Below are positions 1-11,178 of a stretch of DNA of 64,000 nucleotides, piece after piece (the stretch's first letter is position 1; each line of letters begins with the position of its first letter). Under the pieces are notes generated by a model. The model made no database searches and was not told the origin of the DNA. It saw only the letters and a program-made list of their open reading frames with translations. The DNA is from Candidatus Marinacidobacterales bacterium (GTDB lineage Bacteria; Acidobacteriota; Vicinamibacteria; Marinacidobacterales; DATDRI01), in the NCBI GenBank assembly GCA_965219415.1, contig CBDCNP010000002.1:2496001-2560000 (forward strand), read 5' to 3'. The translations under genes and the position numbers were made by a program.

Positions 1-1
1 C

Positions 2-622
2 CTCGCCAGCACTCTCGATCGGATCGCCACGGAGATCCGAGGGCTGCAGCGAACCGAGATCCGGGAGGTGGAGGAGTTCTTCGACAAGAAACAAAAGGGC
101 TCGTCCTCCATGCCGCACAAGCGCAACCCAGTGTCTTGCGAGCAGGTTTCGGGGCTGGCCCGCGTCATTCGCGGCAACCTGCAGGCGGCGCTCGAGGACA
201 TTCCGCTCTGGCACGAGAGAGACATCTCTCACTCGTCGGCGGAACGGATGATCCTCCCCTCGAGCTTCATCTTGACCGACCACATACTTCGGAAGATGAC
301 GAATATCGTGGACAACCTCATCGTCTACCCGGAGCGGATGCGTGAGAATCTCGAGTCCATGCGTGGGCTCGTCTTCAGCGGACAAGTTCTCTTGGAGCTA
401 GCAAAAAGCGGGCTATCAAGGGAAGAGGCGTACAAGGTCGTCCAGCGCAACGCCATGAAGGTCTGGAGCGACAAAAGTAACAGGGAAGACTTCAAGTCTC
501 TTCTTGCCAAGGACCCCGAGATCCAGGGGCGGCTCTCGCCGGCAGAGCTCGAAGAGACTTTCGACTACGACAACCAAATACGACAAGTCGATGCCATCTT
601 GGAAAGGGTCTTCGCGCCTTGA
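2..622 (+). CDS. purB: adenylosuccinate lyase (5' part outside window)
   Basis: Fumarate-lyase signature GSSSMPHKRNP and WHERDISHSSAER; frame is open back to base 2; first gene of the pur operon. Confidence 0.96.
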   Translation, partial: LASTLDRIATEIRGLQRTEIREVEEFFDKKQKGSSSMPHKRNPVSCEQVSGLARVIRGNLQAALEDIPLWHERDISHSSAERMILPSSFILTDHILRKMTNIVDNLIVYPERMRENLESMRGLVFSGQVLLELAKSGLSREEAYKVVQRNAMKVWSDKSNREDFKSLLAKDPEIQGRLSPAELEETFDYDNQIRQVDAILERVFAP

Positions 623-861
623 AAGCGAAGGTCTTCGTACGGCTCAAGCCTTCCGTCCATGATCCGCAGGGCGAAACCATCCGGGGTGCCCTAGAGACCA
701 TGGGTTACCAAGGTGTGACCGACGTACGCCAAGGCAAATACTTCGAGATGTCGCTAGAGGCCTCTTCGCGGAAGGAGGCGGAGAGCCAGGTTCGCGAGAT
801 CGCAAACCGCTTTCTATCGAACCCGGTCATCGAGACGTTCGAAGTGGAGCTCTCAGACTGA
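619..861 (+). CDS. purS: FGAM synthase subunit PurS
   Basis: 80 aa with LKPSVHDPQG, VRQGKYF and LSNPVIE motifs; overlaps the purB stop. Confidence 0.95.
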   Translation: MKAKVFVRLKPSVHDPQGETIRGALETMGYQGVTDVRQGKYFEMSLEASSRKEAESQVREIANRFLSNPVIETFEVELSD

Positions 862-1553
862 TGCCGCGCTTCGCGGTCCTCGTCTTCCCCGGCTCCAATT
901 GCGAAGGGGACGTTCTATACGCGCTGACAGACGTGCTCGGTCAGGAAGCGGAGTTGGTTTGGCACAAGGAAACGTCGCTCGATGGTTTCGACGCCGCCTT
1001 GCTACCGGGAGGCTTCGCTCACGGTGATTACCTCCGGCCCGGGGCCATCGCGCGCTTTTCTCCGATCATGAAGGCCGTTGTTTCGATGGCCGAGGCGAGG
1101 AAACCTGTCATCGGCATCTGCAATGGCTTTCAAGTCCTGATGGAGGCGGGGCTTCTTCCCGGTGCCATGTTGCGCAACAAAAGCCTCCACTACGTCTGTC
1201 GCTATGTGAATCTTCGCGTGGAAACTACAAAGTCTCCGCTCACCAATACCTGCACCGCTGGGGACGTACTGCAGGTGCCGATAGGGCACGCCGACGGAAA
1301 CTTCTTCGCCGACGACTCAGAGATCGAAGAGCTCGAGAAGCAGGGCCGTGTGATGTTCCGGTACTCGACACCGAGCGGCGAGTTGACTGACGATGCGAAT
1401 CCCAACGGCTCGCTCAACCACATCGCCGGCATCATGAGCACCGAAGGCAACGTCGTCGGGCTCATGCCACATCTTGATCGCTGCTACCAGCCCGAATTAG
1501 GCACCGATCATGGTCGTCGCCTCTTCCAGAGTCTTATCGCATCGGTCTCATGA
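861..1553 (+). CDS. purQ: FGAM synthase glutaminase subunit PurQ
   Basis: VFPGSNC, GICNGFQ (catalytic Cys), NPNGS and GLMPH motifs. Confidence 0.96.
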   Translation: MPRFAVLVFPGSNCEGDVLYALTDVLGQEAELVWHKETSLDGFDAALLPGGFAHGDYLRPGAIARFSPIMKAVVSMAEARKPVIGICNGFQVLMEAGLLPGAMLRNKSLHYVCRYVNLRVETTKSPLTNTCTAGDVLQVPIGHADGNFFADDSEIEELEKQGRVMFRYSTPSGELTDDANPNGSLNHIAGIMSTEGNVVGLMPHLDRCYQPELGTDHGRRLFQSLIASVS

Positions 1554-3778
1554 ACGTCTCTGAAAAGGATCTCCTCGAAACCCACAATCTGACCGAGCCC
1601 GAGTATCGGCAGATCGTCAAGAAGCTCGGGCGCGAGCCCAACCTGACGGAGCTCGGCCTCTTCTCGGTGATGTGGTCCGAGCATTGCAGCTACAAGAGCT
1701 CCCGCATGCACTTGAAGCGACTCCCCACCAAAGGACCGCGTGTCCTTCAAGGGCCGGGTGAGAACGCAGGCGTGGTGGATCTGGGTCACGGGCTCGCCGC
1801 GGTCTTCAAGGTCGAGTCCCATAACCACCCCTCCTTTATCGAGCCTTTCCAGGGCGCGGCGACCGGCGTGGGCGGCATCATCCGTGACATCTTTACGATG
1901 GGCGCACGTCCCGTCGCTTTGATGAACTCGCTCCGCTTCGGTCCTCTGTCGGTCCCCAAGAACCGATCTCTGCTAGAAGGGGTTGTCGCGGGCATCGCGT
2001 CCTATGGAAACAGCACCGGCATACCGACCGTCGGCGGCGAAGTGGCTTTCGAGGACTGCTATAACCTCAACCCCTTGGTGAACGCATTTTGTTTGGGGAT
2101 CGCCCCCAAGAATCGCATCTTCTTGGCGCGTGCGGAAGGGCTAGGCAATCCGGTCTTCTATGTCGGCGCCAAAACCGGCAAGGACGGTATCCATGGCGCG
2201 ACCATGGCGTCCGCGGAGTTCGACGAGGCGGCGGAAGAGAAGCGCCCGACCGTTCAGGTCGGAGATCCCTTCATGGAAAAACTTCTCTTCGAGGCTTGCC
2301 TCGAACTAATGGGCACCGATGCGTTGGTCGCGATACAAGATATGGGTGCTGCCGGACTCACCTGCTCGACCTCCGAGCTTGCGACTCGCGGAGGAACCGG
2401 CATCGCGATCGATATCGCCGACGTCCCCCAGCGCGAAAAAGGCATGACCCCATACGAAATCATGCTCTCCGAATCGCAGGAGCGGATGCTTCTTGTCGCC
2501 AAGGCGGGTCGCGAATCGGAAGTCGAGGCCATTTTCGACAAGTGGGACCTACACGCCGTCAAGATTGGAAAGGTCACCAGCGACGAAATGCTCCGGGTGC
2601 GCGATGCCAGACAGGATGGAAAAGAAGTGGCCGTCGTGCCGTGCCGTGCCCTGGTGGAAGACGGCCCGATCTACGAACGGCCCTTGGAACGGCCTTCCTA
2701 TCTCGATGAGACGGCGCAATTGGATTTGAGCAGCGTTCCTGAACCCGAAGACACCGGCGCTGTGCTAGAACGGCTGATCGCCTCTCATGGATTGGCCAAC
2801 AAGCATTGGATCTTCGAGCAGTACGATCACATGGTGCAGAGCAATACCATCGTGATGCCGGGCTCCGACGCCGGCGTCATTCGCCTCAAGGGAACTCCGC
2901 TTGCCCTCTCGATGAGCCTCGACGGAAACGGTCGCTACGCTTATCTCGACCCCTATCTCGGTGGAGCGCTCGCCGTCGCCGAGTCCTGCCGCAACGTATC
3001 CGCGACCGGAGCGACCCCCATCGGCGCCACCAACTGCCTCAACTTCGGAAGCCCGGAGAAACCCGAGGTCATGTGGCAATTCGCTCGCGTCATAGACGGC
3101 ATCACCGATGCTTGCACTGCACTCGGGATTCCCATCACCGGAGGCAACGTCAGCTTCTACAACGAGACCGAGGGGGAAAGTATCTACCCCACTCCGGTAG
3201 TAGGGGCGGTGGGAATACTAGAAGACAAGACATGCCGGGTGAGTCATCATTTCAAGGGCCCCGGAGATTGGATCTACCTCGCGGGCCTAACCACCGACGA
3301 GCTCGGGGGAAGCGAGTACCTCAAGACCATCCACGGCCGGATCCAAGGACTTCCACCACGGCTCGATCTGGATCAAGAAAAGGCGGTGCAAGCCTTCACT
3401 CGAGATGCGGCGGCCCGCAAGTGGCTTCGTTCCGCCCACGATTTGAGTGAAGGCGGGTTGGCGGTGGCGCTCGCAGAGAGCCTCTTTGGTCCCCTCGGTG
3501 AAACGGTCGGAGCCACCGTCTCTTTGGAGTGCCCCGGTCGCGTGGACGCATTACTTTTCAGCGAAGGGACCAGCCGGATTCTGGTGAGCATTGCTCCGGA
3601 CCACGCGGAGGAGCTCGAATCACTCGCGGAACAACATGGCGTGGCCTTGTCTCGCCTGGGAATCACCGGCGGAAATCAACTTCGTGTACAGATAAACGGC
3701 ATCGACGCCATGTCACTCGAGCTTTCCGAGTTGCGGGACGGATGGTGGTCATCCATAGAAAGGGACATGCATCCATGA
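1550..3778 (+). CDS. purL: FGAM synthase subunit PurL
   Basis: [32 protein letters not shown] and GGNVSFYN motifs. Confidence 0.97.
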   Translation: MNVSEKDLLETHNLTEPEYRQIVKKLGREPNLTELGLFSVMWSEHCSYKSSRMHLKRLPTKGPRVLQGPGENAGVVDLGHGLAAVFKVESHNHPSFIEPFQGAATGVGGIIRDIFTMGARPVALMNSLRFGPLSVPKNRSLLEGVVAGIASYGNSTGIPTVGGEVAFEDCYNLNPLVNAFCLGIAPKNRIFLARAEGLGNPVFYVGAKTGKDGIHGATMASAEFDEAAEEKRPTVQVGDPFMEKLLFEACLELMGTDALVAIQDMGAAGLTCSTSELATRGGTGIAIDIADVPQREKGMTPYEIMLSESQERMLLVAKAGRESEVEAIFDKWDLHAVKIGKVTSDEMLRVRDARQDGKEVAVVPCRALVEDGPIYERPLERPSYLDETAQLDLSSVPEPEDTGAVLERLIASHGLANKHWIFEQYDHMVQSNTIVMPGSDAGVIRLKGTPLALSMSLDGNGRYAYLDPYLGGALAVAESCRNVSATGATPIGATNCLNFGSPEKPEVMWQFARVIDGITDACTALGIPITGGNVSFYNETEGESIYPTPVVGAVGILEDKTCRVSHHFKGPGDWIYLAGLTTDELGGSEYLKTIHGRIQGLPPRLDLDQEKAVQAFTRDAAARKWLRSAHDLSEGGLAVALAESLFGPLGETVGATVSLECPGRVDALLFSEGTSRILVSIAPDHAEELESLAEQHGVALSRLGITGGNQLRVQINGIDAMSLELSELRDGWWSSIERDMHP

Positions 3779-5178
3779 AGGATGGTTTCCACGACGAGTG
3801 CGGTGTTTTCGGGATCTTCTCCCACCCCGACGCGGCACGACTCACCTATCTTGGTCTCTACGCGCTCCAGCACCGCGGCCAAGAGGCGGCGGGGATGGTC
3901 AGTTCCGCGCCGGACGGACTTCGCATCAAAAAGGCCAAAGGCTATGTCTCCGATGTTTTCAATGAGCAGGCCATGCAGGAGCTAGAAGGCTCTGCGGCCA
4001 TGGGACACGTCCGCTACTCGACCGCCGGGGAGAACTCCGGCGTCAACGTTCAACCGCTCCTCATCGATTGTAAATTCGGCGAGATCGCGGTGTGCCACAA
4101 CGGAAACCTGGTCAATGACCAGGTCCTAAGAAAGGACCTGGTGGACCGCGGATCCATCTTCCGCACCAACAGCGACACCGAAGTCATCTTGCACCTTTTC
4201 GCGAGATCGGATCAGAAGGGAGTAGAGGACGCTCTCCTAGACGCGCTACGTCCGTTGGAGGGAGCCTTCACCCTGCTCTTCATCACCAAGGAGGCTCTCT
4301 ACGGCGTTCGCGATCCGCGAGGGTTCCGCCCGCTCATTATCGGAAAGCTGGGCGATAGCTACGTTCTGTGCTCCGAGACCTGTGCCCTGGACCTCATCGA
4401 CGCGACCTACGTCAGGGAGGTGGAGCCTGGGGAGCTGGTGGTCATCGACAAGAACGGACTCCGATCGATCCGTCCATTCGCGACTGAACAACCCCGCCAA
4501 TGCGTCTTCGAGCACGTCTACTTCTCCCGGCCGGACAGCGTTGTCTTCGGCCGAAGCGTCCACGTTTCTCGTATCGAGACGGGAAAGCTCTTGGCACAGG
4601 AGACAGCGGTCGATGCCGATGTCGTGGTGCCGGTGCCGGACTCCGGTGTGGTCGCGGCGGTGGGCTACTCGATGGCGTCCGGCCTACCCCTCGAGTTCGG
4701 GCTCATCCGCAACCACTATGTGGGTCGCACGTTCATCGAACCGCATCAATCCATTCGCCATTTCGGCGTCAAAGTGAAGCTCAACCCCGTCCGCTCTGTG
4801 CTCGAAGGACGGAGGGTGGTACTGATCGACGACTCCATCGTGCGGGGAACCACCAGTCAGAAGATCGTGGGGATGGTGCGAAACGCCGGAGCTCGCGAAG
4901 TCCATCTTCGTGTTTCCTCCCCGCCCATCACCGGTCCCTGCTACTACGGAATCGACACCCCGCAGAAGAAAGACCTCATTGCCTCCTCCCATTCCGTCGA
5001 GGAGATCCAAGAATTCCTAGGCGCCGACAGCCTCCGCTACCTCTCCCACGATTCGCTCATGGCCTCGGTCCAAAACGGTGCGGATCAATTCTGCTCCGCT
5101 TGTTTCAACGGCAATTACCCGGTCCCGCTCACCGACGAAGCCCTCGGACAAAGAAAGCTTTTCGAGAAGTCTCGCTAG
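3775..5178 (+). CDS. purF: amidophosphoribosyltransferase
   Basis: ECGVFG propeptide/Cys, LQHRGQE, GHVRYST, PRPP loop [10 protein letters not shown]; ATG 3775 overlaps the purL TGA. Confidence 0.97.
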   Translation: MKDGFHDECGVFGIFSHPDAARLTYLGLYALQHRGQEAAGMVSSAPDGLRIKKAKGYVSDVFNEQAMQELEGSAAMGHVRYSTAGENSGVNVQPLLIDCKFGEIAVCHNGNLVNDQVLRKDLVDRGSIFRTNSDTEVILHLFARSDQKGVEDALLDALRPLEGAFTLLFITKEALYGVRDPRGFRPLIIGKLGDSYVLCSETCALDLIDATYVREVEPGELVVIDKNGLRSIRPFATEQPRQCVFEHVYFSRPDSVVFGRSVHVSRIETGKLLAQETAVDADVVVPVPDSGVVAAVGYSMASGLPLEFGLIRNHYVGRTFIEPHQSIRHFGVKVKLNPVRSVLEGRRVVLIDDSIVRGTTSQKIVGMVRNAGAREVHLRVSSPPITGPCYYGIDTPQKKDLIASSHSVEEIQEFLGADSLRYLSHDSLMASVQNGADQFCSACFNGNYPVPLTDEALGQRKLFEKSR

Positions 5179-5259
5179 TCGAGCTACTGGCCCTCCCATC
5201 GGCGCGGGTTTGCGACACCGCGGACATCATCGGCAAACTCGCGCAGCACAGCTTTCGTC

Positions 5260-5441
5260 ATCCCTCCAGCAGACACCAGAATCGGACGCCGACTCGCCAT
5301 TAAAGGAGCCTACCCTGAGTCCGGGCGCGCAAGGCTGCGCTTCGACGTCGGTGGGCGGAGCTCATCCGGCGGGTGTACGAGGTCGACCCTCTCCTTTGTG
5401 AGCGCTGCGGTGGCCAACTCCGAGTGATCGGCTTCATCACC
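5260..5441 (+). pseudogene. IS91/ISCR-like transposase C-terminal remnant
   Basis: Manual translation of 5337-5441 gives ALRRRWAELIRRVYEVDPLLCERCGGQLRVIGFIT, the typical IS91-family C-terminal CxxC motif; upstream frame is broken. Confidence 0.7.
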
Positions 5442-5721
5442 CGGACTGTTTCATATATACCGTGCGTGTGGGGAAAGGGATTTCGATGCCATTTTTATTG
5501 AGAGTATTGTAGACCAACTCTGTCATTTCAAGCTTCTTAGCAAACTGCTTGTCGTAGTTATCCACCCATACTCGAGCAGACATATCTAGGGAAAAATCAT
5601 TCATGTTTAAGAACAGTACCCGGGGTCCAGGTTCTCGTGAAGTATCGTCCAATTTGCTAATTGCATCCAAGACAAGCTCTTTGACCCGAGCCACATCACT
5701 GCCGTAAGCCACCCCAAAATT
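5437..5721 (-). pseudogene. MscS mechanosensitive channel C-terminal fragment
   Basis: FGVAYGSD...GIEIPFPTRTV; AT-rich; cut at an IS256 end at 5722. Confidence 0.85.
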
Positions 5722-6606
5722 GGGGATGTCCCGGCCGCTGTTGAATTTGGTCGGGTAGCGGCGGCACCTGTGAATACTCTTAGGCAGCAAACTCATCGCT
5801 GTCAAGAGATTTCTGTTTGCTTCTAAGCGCGTGAACGAGAGCGCCCATATGGCGATAGCCTTTGATACGCCGGAACTTTTTCTGCGCGGTGACGACGCCA
5901 AGAGCGGTCCATCGGCGAACCATGGAAGGACTCTTCCAACGCTTGACGTTTCTCGATACTCTGCGAATGGTTCCGTTGAGATTCTCAATGGCGTTCGTCG
6001 TGGCAAGAGACTGGCGAAGTAAGGCGGGCAGCGCGAGCTTCACGACCGTGAGTGTCTCTTCCATCCCTTCACGAAGGCTTCCGGCAGCTTCGTCGTAGCC
6101 GTTTCGCTCGAGCCACGACACCAATGCCTGAAGTCGCTTGCGCGCCTTGTCGGCACTCTTGCACTTGTAGGCTTCCTTCATCGTCTGGAGCACGTAGGCG
6201 TGACGAGACTTGGGAAGGTACGAGCGAAGATTCCGGAGTTTATGGATCTGGCACCTTTGGATGACCGCGAGGTCCCCCAAAACGTCGACGAGTGCCTTGC
6301 GGATGCCTTTGCCTCCGTCCACTACGCAGAGAATCGACTCATCGACGCGCAAGCCCCGTTCGAGAAGGTCCTGCAACATCGCGGTGCACACCCGAGAGTT
6401 CTCCGTCGAGCCCAGCCATATACCCAGGGGCACCTTCGTTCCATCTATTGTGATACCTAGAGTTACGACGACGGTCTGTCCGGCCACCTCAAGGCCATCC
6501 AGCATCAGTGCCGCAAGCTCGAACTCCTCTAGCCGCCGAGACAGGTATTCCTCGAGCTTCTTAGTCGTCTGGCTCACGAGGTGACGGCTGGCGGCACTCT
6601 TACTCG
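5722..6606 (-). mobile_element. IS256-family partial copy (3' half plus IR), interrupted by IS3; continues at 7865-7912
   Basis: Reverse complement of ~8278-9162 with an identical translation; end GGGGATGTCCCGGCCGCTGTTGAA. Confidence 0.92.
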
Positions 6607-6660
6607 TGGACTTGACCCGCTTTCGTGGACACCTAATCCTTTGGGAGACAGGAGTCCACG

Positions 6661-6975
6661 ATGTCAAAGCAGGGAAACAGATACGCGGCCGAGTTCCGGC
6701 GCCAAATGGTAGAGCTGGTGCGAGCTGGCCGCGGCTCCGAAGAGCTGGCGCGAGAGTTTGAGCCCTCGGGCCAGACGATCCGGAACTGGGTGAACCAGGC
6801 GGATCTCGACGAGGGTCGCAGGCAGGACGGTCTGACGAGTGAGGAGCGTGCGGAGCTCCGCCGCCTGCGACGGGAGAACCGTCAACTACGGTTGGAGCGA
6901 GAGATCCTCTCAAAAGCCGCGGCCTGGTTCGCTCGGGAGACCGAGTCGGTACCACCGAAGCCTTCCGATTCGTGA
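6661..6975 (+). CDS. IS3 transposase OrfA (HTH)
   Basis: HTH followed by a coiled coil ELRRLRRENRQLRLEREILSKAAAWF. Confidence 0.9.
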   Translation: MSKQGNRYAAEFRRQMVELVRAGRGSEELAREFEPSGQTIRNWVNQADLDEGRRQDGLTSEERAELRRLRRENRQLRLEREILSKAAAWFARETESVPPKPSDS

Positions 6976-7823
6976 GGGCGAACCAGGATTCACTACCGGT
7001 TGCCACGATGTGCCGACTGCTGGACGTCTCCGCCAGCGGCTACTATGCGTGGCTTGAGCGTGCCCCGTCGGCCCGCGCGGTGTCGGATGCGGAGTTGCTT
7101 GAGAAGATCCGGGCGATTCACACCGCGTCGCGGAGCACGTACGGCGCGCCGAGGATCCTCCACGAGCTACGAGAGACACACGAGCTCCACGTCTCACGCA
7201 AGCGTGTAGCGCGGCTGATGCGCGAGGCTGGCATTCAAGGTGTTCACCGGCGCAAGAGGGCGCACACTACGATTCGCTGTGACGACGCCCGTCCCGCCCC
7301 CGATCTCGTCGACAGGAATTTCGAGGTGGACCGGCCCGACCGCCTGTGGGTCGCCGATATCACCTACGTGCCCACGTGGTCGGGCTTCTTGTTCCTCGCC
7401 GTCGTGCTGGACGCCTTCAGCCGACGCATCGTCGGATGGGCAATGGCTACCCACCTGCGGACGTCGCTCGTCTTGAGCGCCCTCGACATGGCGCTGTTCC
7501 AACGCAAGCCCGGCGACGTCATCCATCACTCGGACCAGGGCACGCAGTACACGTCACTAGCGTTCGGCCAGCGATGCCGGGAGGCCGGGGTGCGACCGTC
7601 GATGGGTTCGGTCGGGGACTGTTACGACAATGCGATGTGCGAGAGCTTCTTCGCGACGCTCGAGTGCGAGCTGATCGAGCGCCGGTCGTTTCGCTACCAC
7701 GCTGAGGCGCGCATGGCGACCTTCGATTTCATCGAAGGCTGGTACAACCCGCGACGACGACACTCCGCCATCGACTATTGCTCGCCTATCCAATTCGAAA
7801 GGAGGTACTATCGCGACGCTTGA
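6972..7823 (+). CDS. IS3 transposase OrfB (DDE)
   Basis: WVADITY, HHSDQGTQY and DNAMCESFF motifs. Confidence 0.93.
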   Translation: MRANQDSLPVATMCRLLDVSASGYYAWLERAPSARAVSDAELLEKIRAIHTASRSTYGAPRILHELRETHELHVSRKRVARLMREAGIQGVHRRKRAHTTIRCDDARPAPDLVDRNFEVDRPDRLWVADITYVPTWSGFLFLAVVLDAFSRRIVGWAMATHLRTSLVLSALDMALFQRKPGDVIHHSDQGTQYTSLAFGQRCREAGVRPSMGSVGDCYDNAMCESFFATLECELIERRSFRYHAEARMATFDFIEGWYNPRRRHSAIDYCSPIQFERRYYRDA

Positions 7824-7912
7824 TCCCTAACTCTTAACCTGTCCACGAAAGCGGGGTCACTTCACTCGTGCCACGAGACTTCAACTTGGCCGCGGGTTTG
7901 TCCAGACTCGAT

Positions 7913-9162
7913 CGCGGCCACGAAGGCGGAACTGACGGAATGGGTGTACGAGCAAGGACTGACAGCTCTGCACCTACTGCTCAGAGAGGACGCCGAGGAG
8001 ATCGCGGGGCTCAAGGGCAAGCACGAGAAGGAGCGAACTCATAACCACTGGGGGAGCACGAACGGAGAGCTGAGCTTCGGTGGTCGTCGCATCCAAGTGT
8101 CGCGACCTCGAGTTCGCTCGAAGTCGGGCGAGGAGGCGTCGCTTCCACACTTCGAAGCCTTCTGCGAAGAAGACCCGCTTCCAGAGCGAGTGTTGAATCA
8201 GATCTTGGTGGGGGTATCGACCCGAAATTACGAATCGAGTCTGGACAAACCCGCGGCCAAGTTGAAGTCTCGTGGCACGAGTAAGAGTGCCGCCAGCCGT
8301 CACCTCGTGAGCCAGACGACTAAGAAGCTCGAGGAATACCTGTCTCGGCGGCTAGAGGAGTTCGAGCTTGCGGCACTGATGCTGGATGGCCTTGAGGTGG
8401 CCGGACAGACCGTCGTCGTAACTCTAGGTATCACAATAGATGGAACGAAGGTGCCCCTGGGTATATGGCTGGGCTCGACGGAGAACTCTCGGGTGTGCAC
8501 CGCGATGTTGCAGGACCTTCTCGAACGGGGCTTGCGCGTCGATGAGTCGATTCTCTGCGTAGTGGACGGAGGCAAAGGCATCCGCAAGGCACTCGTCGAC
8601 GTTTTGGGGGACCTCGCGGTCATCCAAAGGTGCCAGATCCATAAACTCCGGAATCTTCGCTCGTACCTTCCCAAGTCTCGTCACGCCTACGTGCTCCAGA
8701 CGATGAAGGAAGCCTACAAGTGCAAGAGTGCCGACAAGGCGCGCAAGCGACTTCAGGCATTGGTGTCGTGGCTCGAGCGAAACGGCTACGACGAAGCTGC
8801 CGGAAGCCTTCGTGAAGGGATGGAAGAGACACTCACGGTCGTGAAGCTCGCGCTGCCCGCCTTACTTCGCCAGTCTCTTGCCACGACGAACGCCATTGAG
8901 AATCTCAACGGAACCATTCGCAGAGTATCGAGAAACGTCAAGCGTTGGAAGAGTCCTTCCATGGTTCGCCGATGGACCGCTCTTGGCGTCGTCACCGCGC
9001 AGAAAAAGTTCCGGCGTATCAAAGGCTATCGCCATATGGGCGCTCTCGTTCACGCGCTTAGAAGCAAACAGAAATCTCTTGACAGCGATGAGTTTGCTGC
9101 CTAAGAGTATTCACAGGTGCCGCCGCTACCCGACCAAATTCAACAGCGGCCGGGACATCCCC
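7913..9162 (+). mobile_element. IS256-family element lacking its left end; transposase ORF 7944-9104
   Basis: Mutator-type motifs LMLDG, VVDGGKG, QRCQIHK, TTNAIE; right IR ends GGGACATCCCC at 9162. Confidence 0.9.
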
Positions 9163-9265
9163 TCGTGTTCAGAGACTACGTCAACGCAGTGACCCTTGAC
9201 GAGGGGTTCTGGCAGGACTTCGTAAACAGTCCGCAGCGTACGAGGCAACTCGAGGCAAACAAAAC

Positions 9266-9431
9266 GGTGCTTCTGCCATTAAGTGTTGGTGAGATGACGC
9301 TAAGACTTCACAGTGCATTAAGTTACAGCCAAAATAGCGCTCGTGACCTTCGCTGCGCGCTAAATAGAGCGTAAGCGACTCTTTTGCAACGGGATACGTA
9401 CACATTACCAACAGTAAACAGCGCAAGCACC
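9266..9431. repeat. 166-bp IS1-derived MITE, copy 1 (repeat family A)
   Basis: Ends GGTGCTT...AAGCACC; inverted homolog of 34296-34460 and 45655-45820; no coding capacity. Confidence 0.85.
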
Positions 9432-9545
9432 CTTCTGAACGCCACGCCATTGCTTGAAGAAGAAGGGTACGCGCTCCCGACGGCATTGGCCTCGGATATC
9501 CCTGACCCAGGCCGCCTTGATGGGTCGAGCGCCGGGACCTTCTGA
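9432..9545 (-). pseudogene. DUF5131 / phage Gp37-Gp68-like C-terminal fragment
   Basis: GPGARPIKAAWVRDIRGQCRRERVPFFFKQW motif; cut by the MITE. Confidence 0.7.
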
Positions 9546-9665
9546 CGCCCTCAGCGCCTCCGCCGTGCTGTCAGGGATTTCCTGGATGTGTTTGTTTGAC
9601 AGAGTTGCTCTCGGAAGTTTGGCGGAGCGTTGTGGCACAGCATAGAATATCGACGAACCGAAATG

Positions 9666-11038
9666 GAGCTCTTGTCAATAGGGTGTGTAAAAAAGTTCAG
9701 GCAGCAGCAACCTTCGACGACTCCGTTACCCTGTCTCCATCTTCAAATCGAACGCCCAGGTGAACCTCTCGCATCAGCTCCGGTGCGTTGAGCCGGCGAA
9801 AATTCTTCTCCGCAACCAGAAGCAGTTTGAAGATTGTCGCAGTGGCGGACTCGACTTTCTTGAACCTTTTGGCCGCATCCGTTCTCAATCTCAGTGCAGC
9901 GAACGGTGATTCCACGACGTTGCTCGTGCGAAGGTGTTGCCAGTGAGGCTTGGGAAAGGAATAGAAGCTGACCATCCGCTCCCAGTCCTCGTCGAGCACG
10001 TGCGCGGCCCCCGGAAGACCCTTGCGCAAGCACCAATCCTGGAACTTGGCCTTCTTCGTCTCGCACTCCTGCAGGCTGGTGGGGTAGGGGGTCGCCGTCA
10101 ACAGCGGCTTGGCCTGCGCCTGGTCCCTTTTCGGAATCCGGTCCAGTACGTTGAGGATTCGGTGGTTCCAGCACCGCTGCTCCTCAGCTTCTGGAAATAC
10201 GTTTCGGGTCGCGGCCCAGATGTCGAGATGACCGTCACCGATCACCAAACGGGGACATCTCAGACCGCGCTTCTTCAGTCTCCGTAGCAGCGACGACCAT
10301 GACGCTTCGGATTCTCGATGCCCGGCCTCCAGCGTCAGGACGATTTTCGTCCCGTCGGACAGGCCACCAACCGCAACTAGCACCGCCGCCTTGTCCTTCT
10401 CAAGGCCGGCCTTCACGTACACGCCATCTACCCACAGGGACACGAGCTCGAGTTCGTCCAGTGGGCGAGCTAGCCACTGCTCGTACTCTCCCTGCCATTT
10501 CTGTTTCAGCCGCGACACCGTGCTGGGAGAAAGTGGAGCGTCCTCCCCTAGAAGCCCGCGGAGCGCCAGATCGAAATCTCCGTGAGCTAGTCCATGCAGG
10601 TACAGCTCCGGAATCAACTCGCTCACCGTTTCGCTCCGACGCTTGAACAGCGGAAGCACTCGACTTTCGAACCTCTCCTCCACGTCCCCTACTCTCGGCC
10701 GGCGAACCGTCACCGTGCCCACGCTCATCGTCAGCTTCCGAGGCTTACCGTATCCATTTCGATAGCCCGCCGTTGTGTCCACGGGCTTCCGTCTCTCCGA
10801 TTTCTCACGCCCGAGAAGCTCCGTGACTTCGGCTACCATCAGCTCCTGCACCCAATCCTGGATCTTGAGCCTCGCCCACTTCTCCAGCGACTCCCAAGCC
10901 ACCCTTGACGAGCTCCGTCGTTTTGTGGTCTTTTCCTTCATGGCGGTGTCTCCTTCCGTTGGCCCCTTCACGCCGTGTTTCGTGACGCGGAAGGTTACTC
11001 CGCCTTTACTTTATTTCCACACCTTCTGAGGGTAGCTC
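9666..11038 (-). mobile_element. second IS256-family element; transposase 9697-10941
   Basis: YRNGY, WVDG, IGDG, QRCWNH, TSNVVES motifs; imperfect IRs GAGCTCTTGTCAATAGGGTGTG / GAGCTACCCTCAGAAGGTGTG; no TSD. Confidence 0.9.
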
Positions 11039-11178
11039 TCCCCCCTCCCCCTCCCCTTTCTGGAACCGGGCTGTCAGGAATGCCTATGAGCAAGATCGCC
11101 GTATGGCTCCTTAGCAACCGCCTGGCATAGGCCCGGCTGATCGGCACGCCGGGACGTTTCGGAATAGATTGATGACAG

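Larger units (their letters stand above)
6607..7864 (+). mobile_element. complete IS3-family insertion sequence
   Basis: TG...CA ends with IRs TGGACTTGACCCGCTTTCGTGGACA / TGTCCACGAAAGCGGGGTCACTTCA; 4-bp TSD CTCG at 6603-6606 and 7865-7868. Confidence 0.95.

Noticed and set aside
3529-3774. N-terminal extension of the 549-aa purF ORF
   Set aside because: It overlaps purL; the real start is ATG 3775 just before ECGVFG.
5180-5450. attL duplication of the tRNA-Ser 3' end at the island's left edge
   Set aside because: No TGGCGGAGAG-type direct repeat was found there, so the boundary stays approximate.
5437-7006. ORFs 5437-6006 and 5780-7006 as novel fusion proteins
   Set aside because: They are chance read-throughs across MscS/IS256 and IS256/IS3 junctions.
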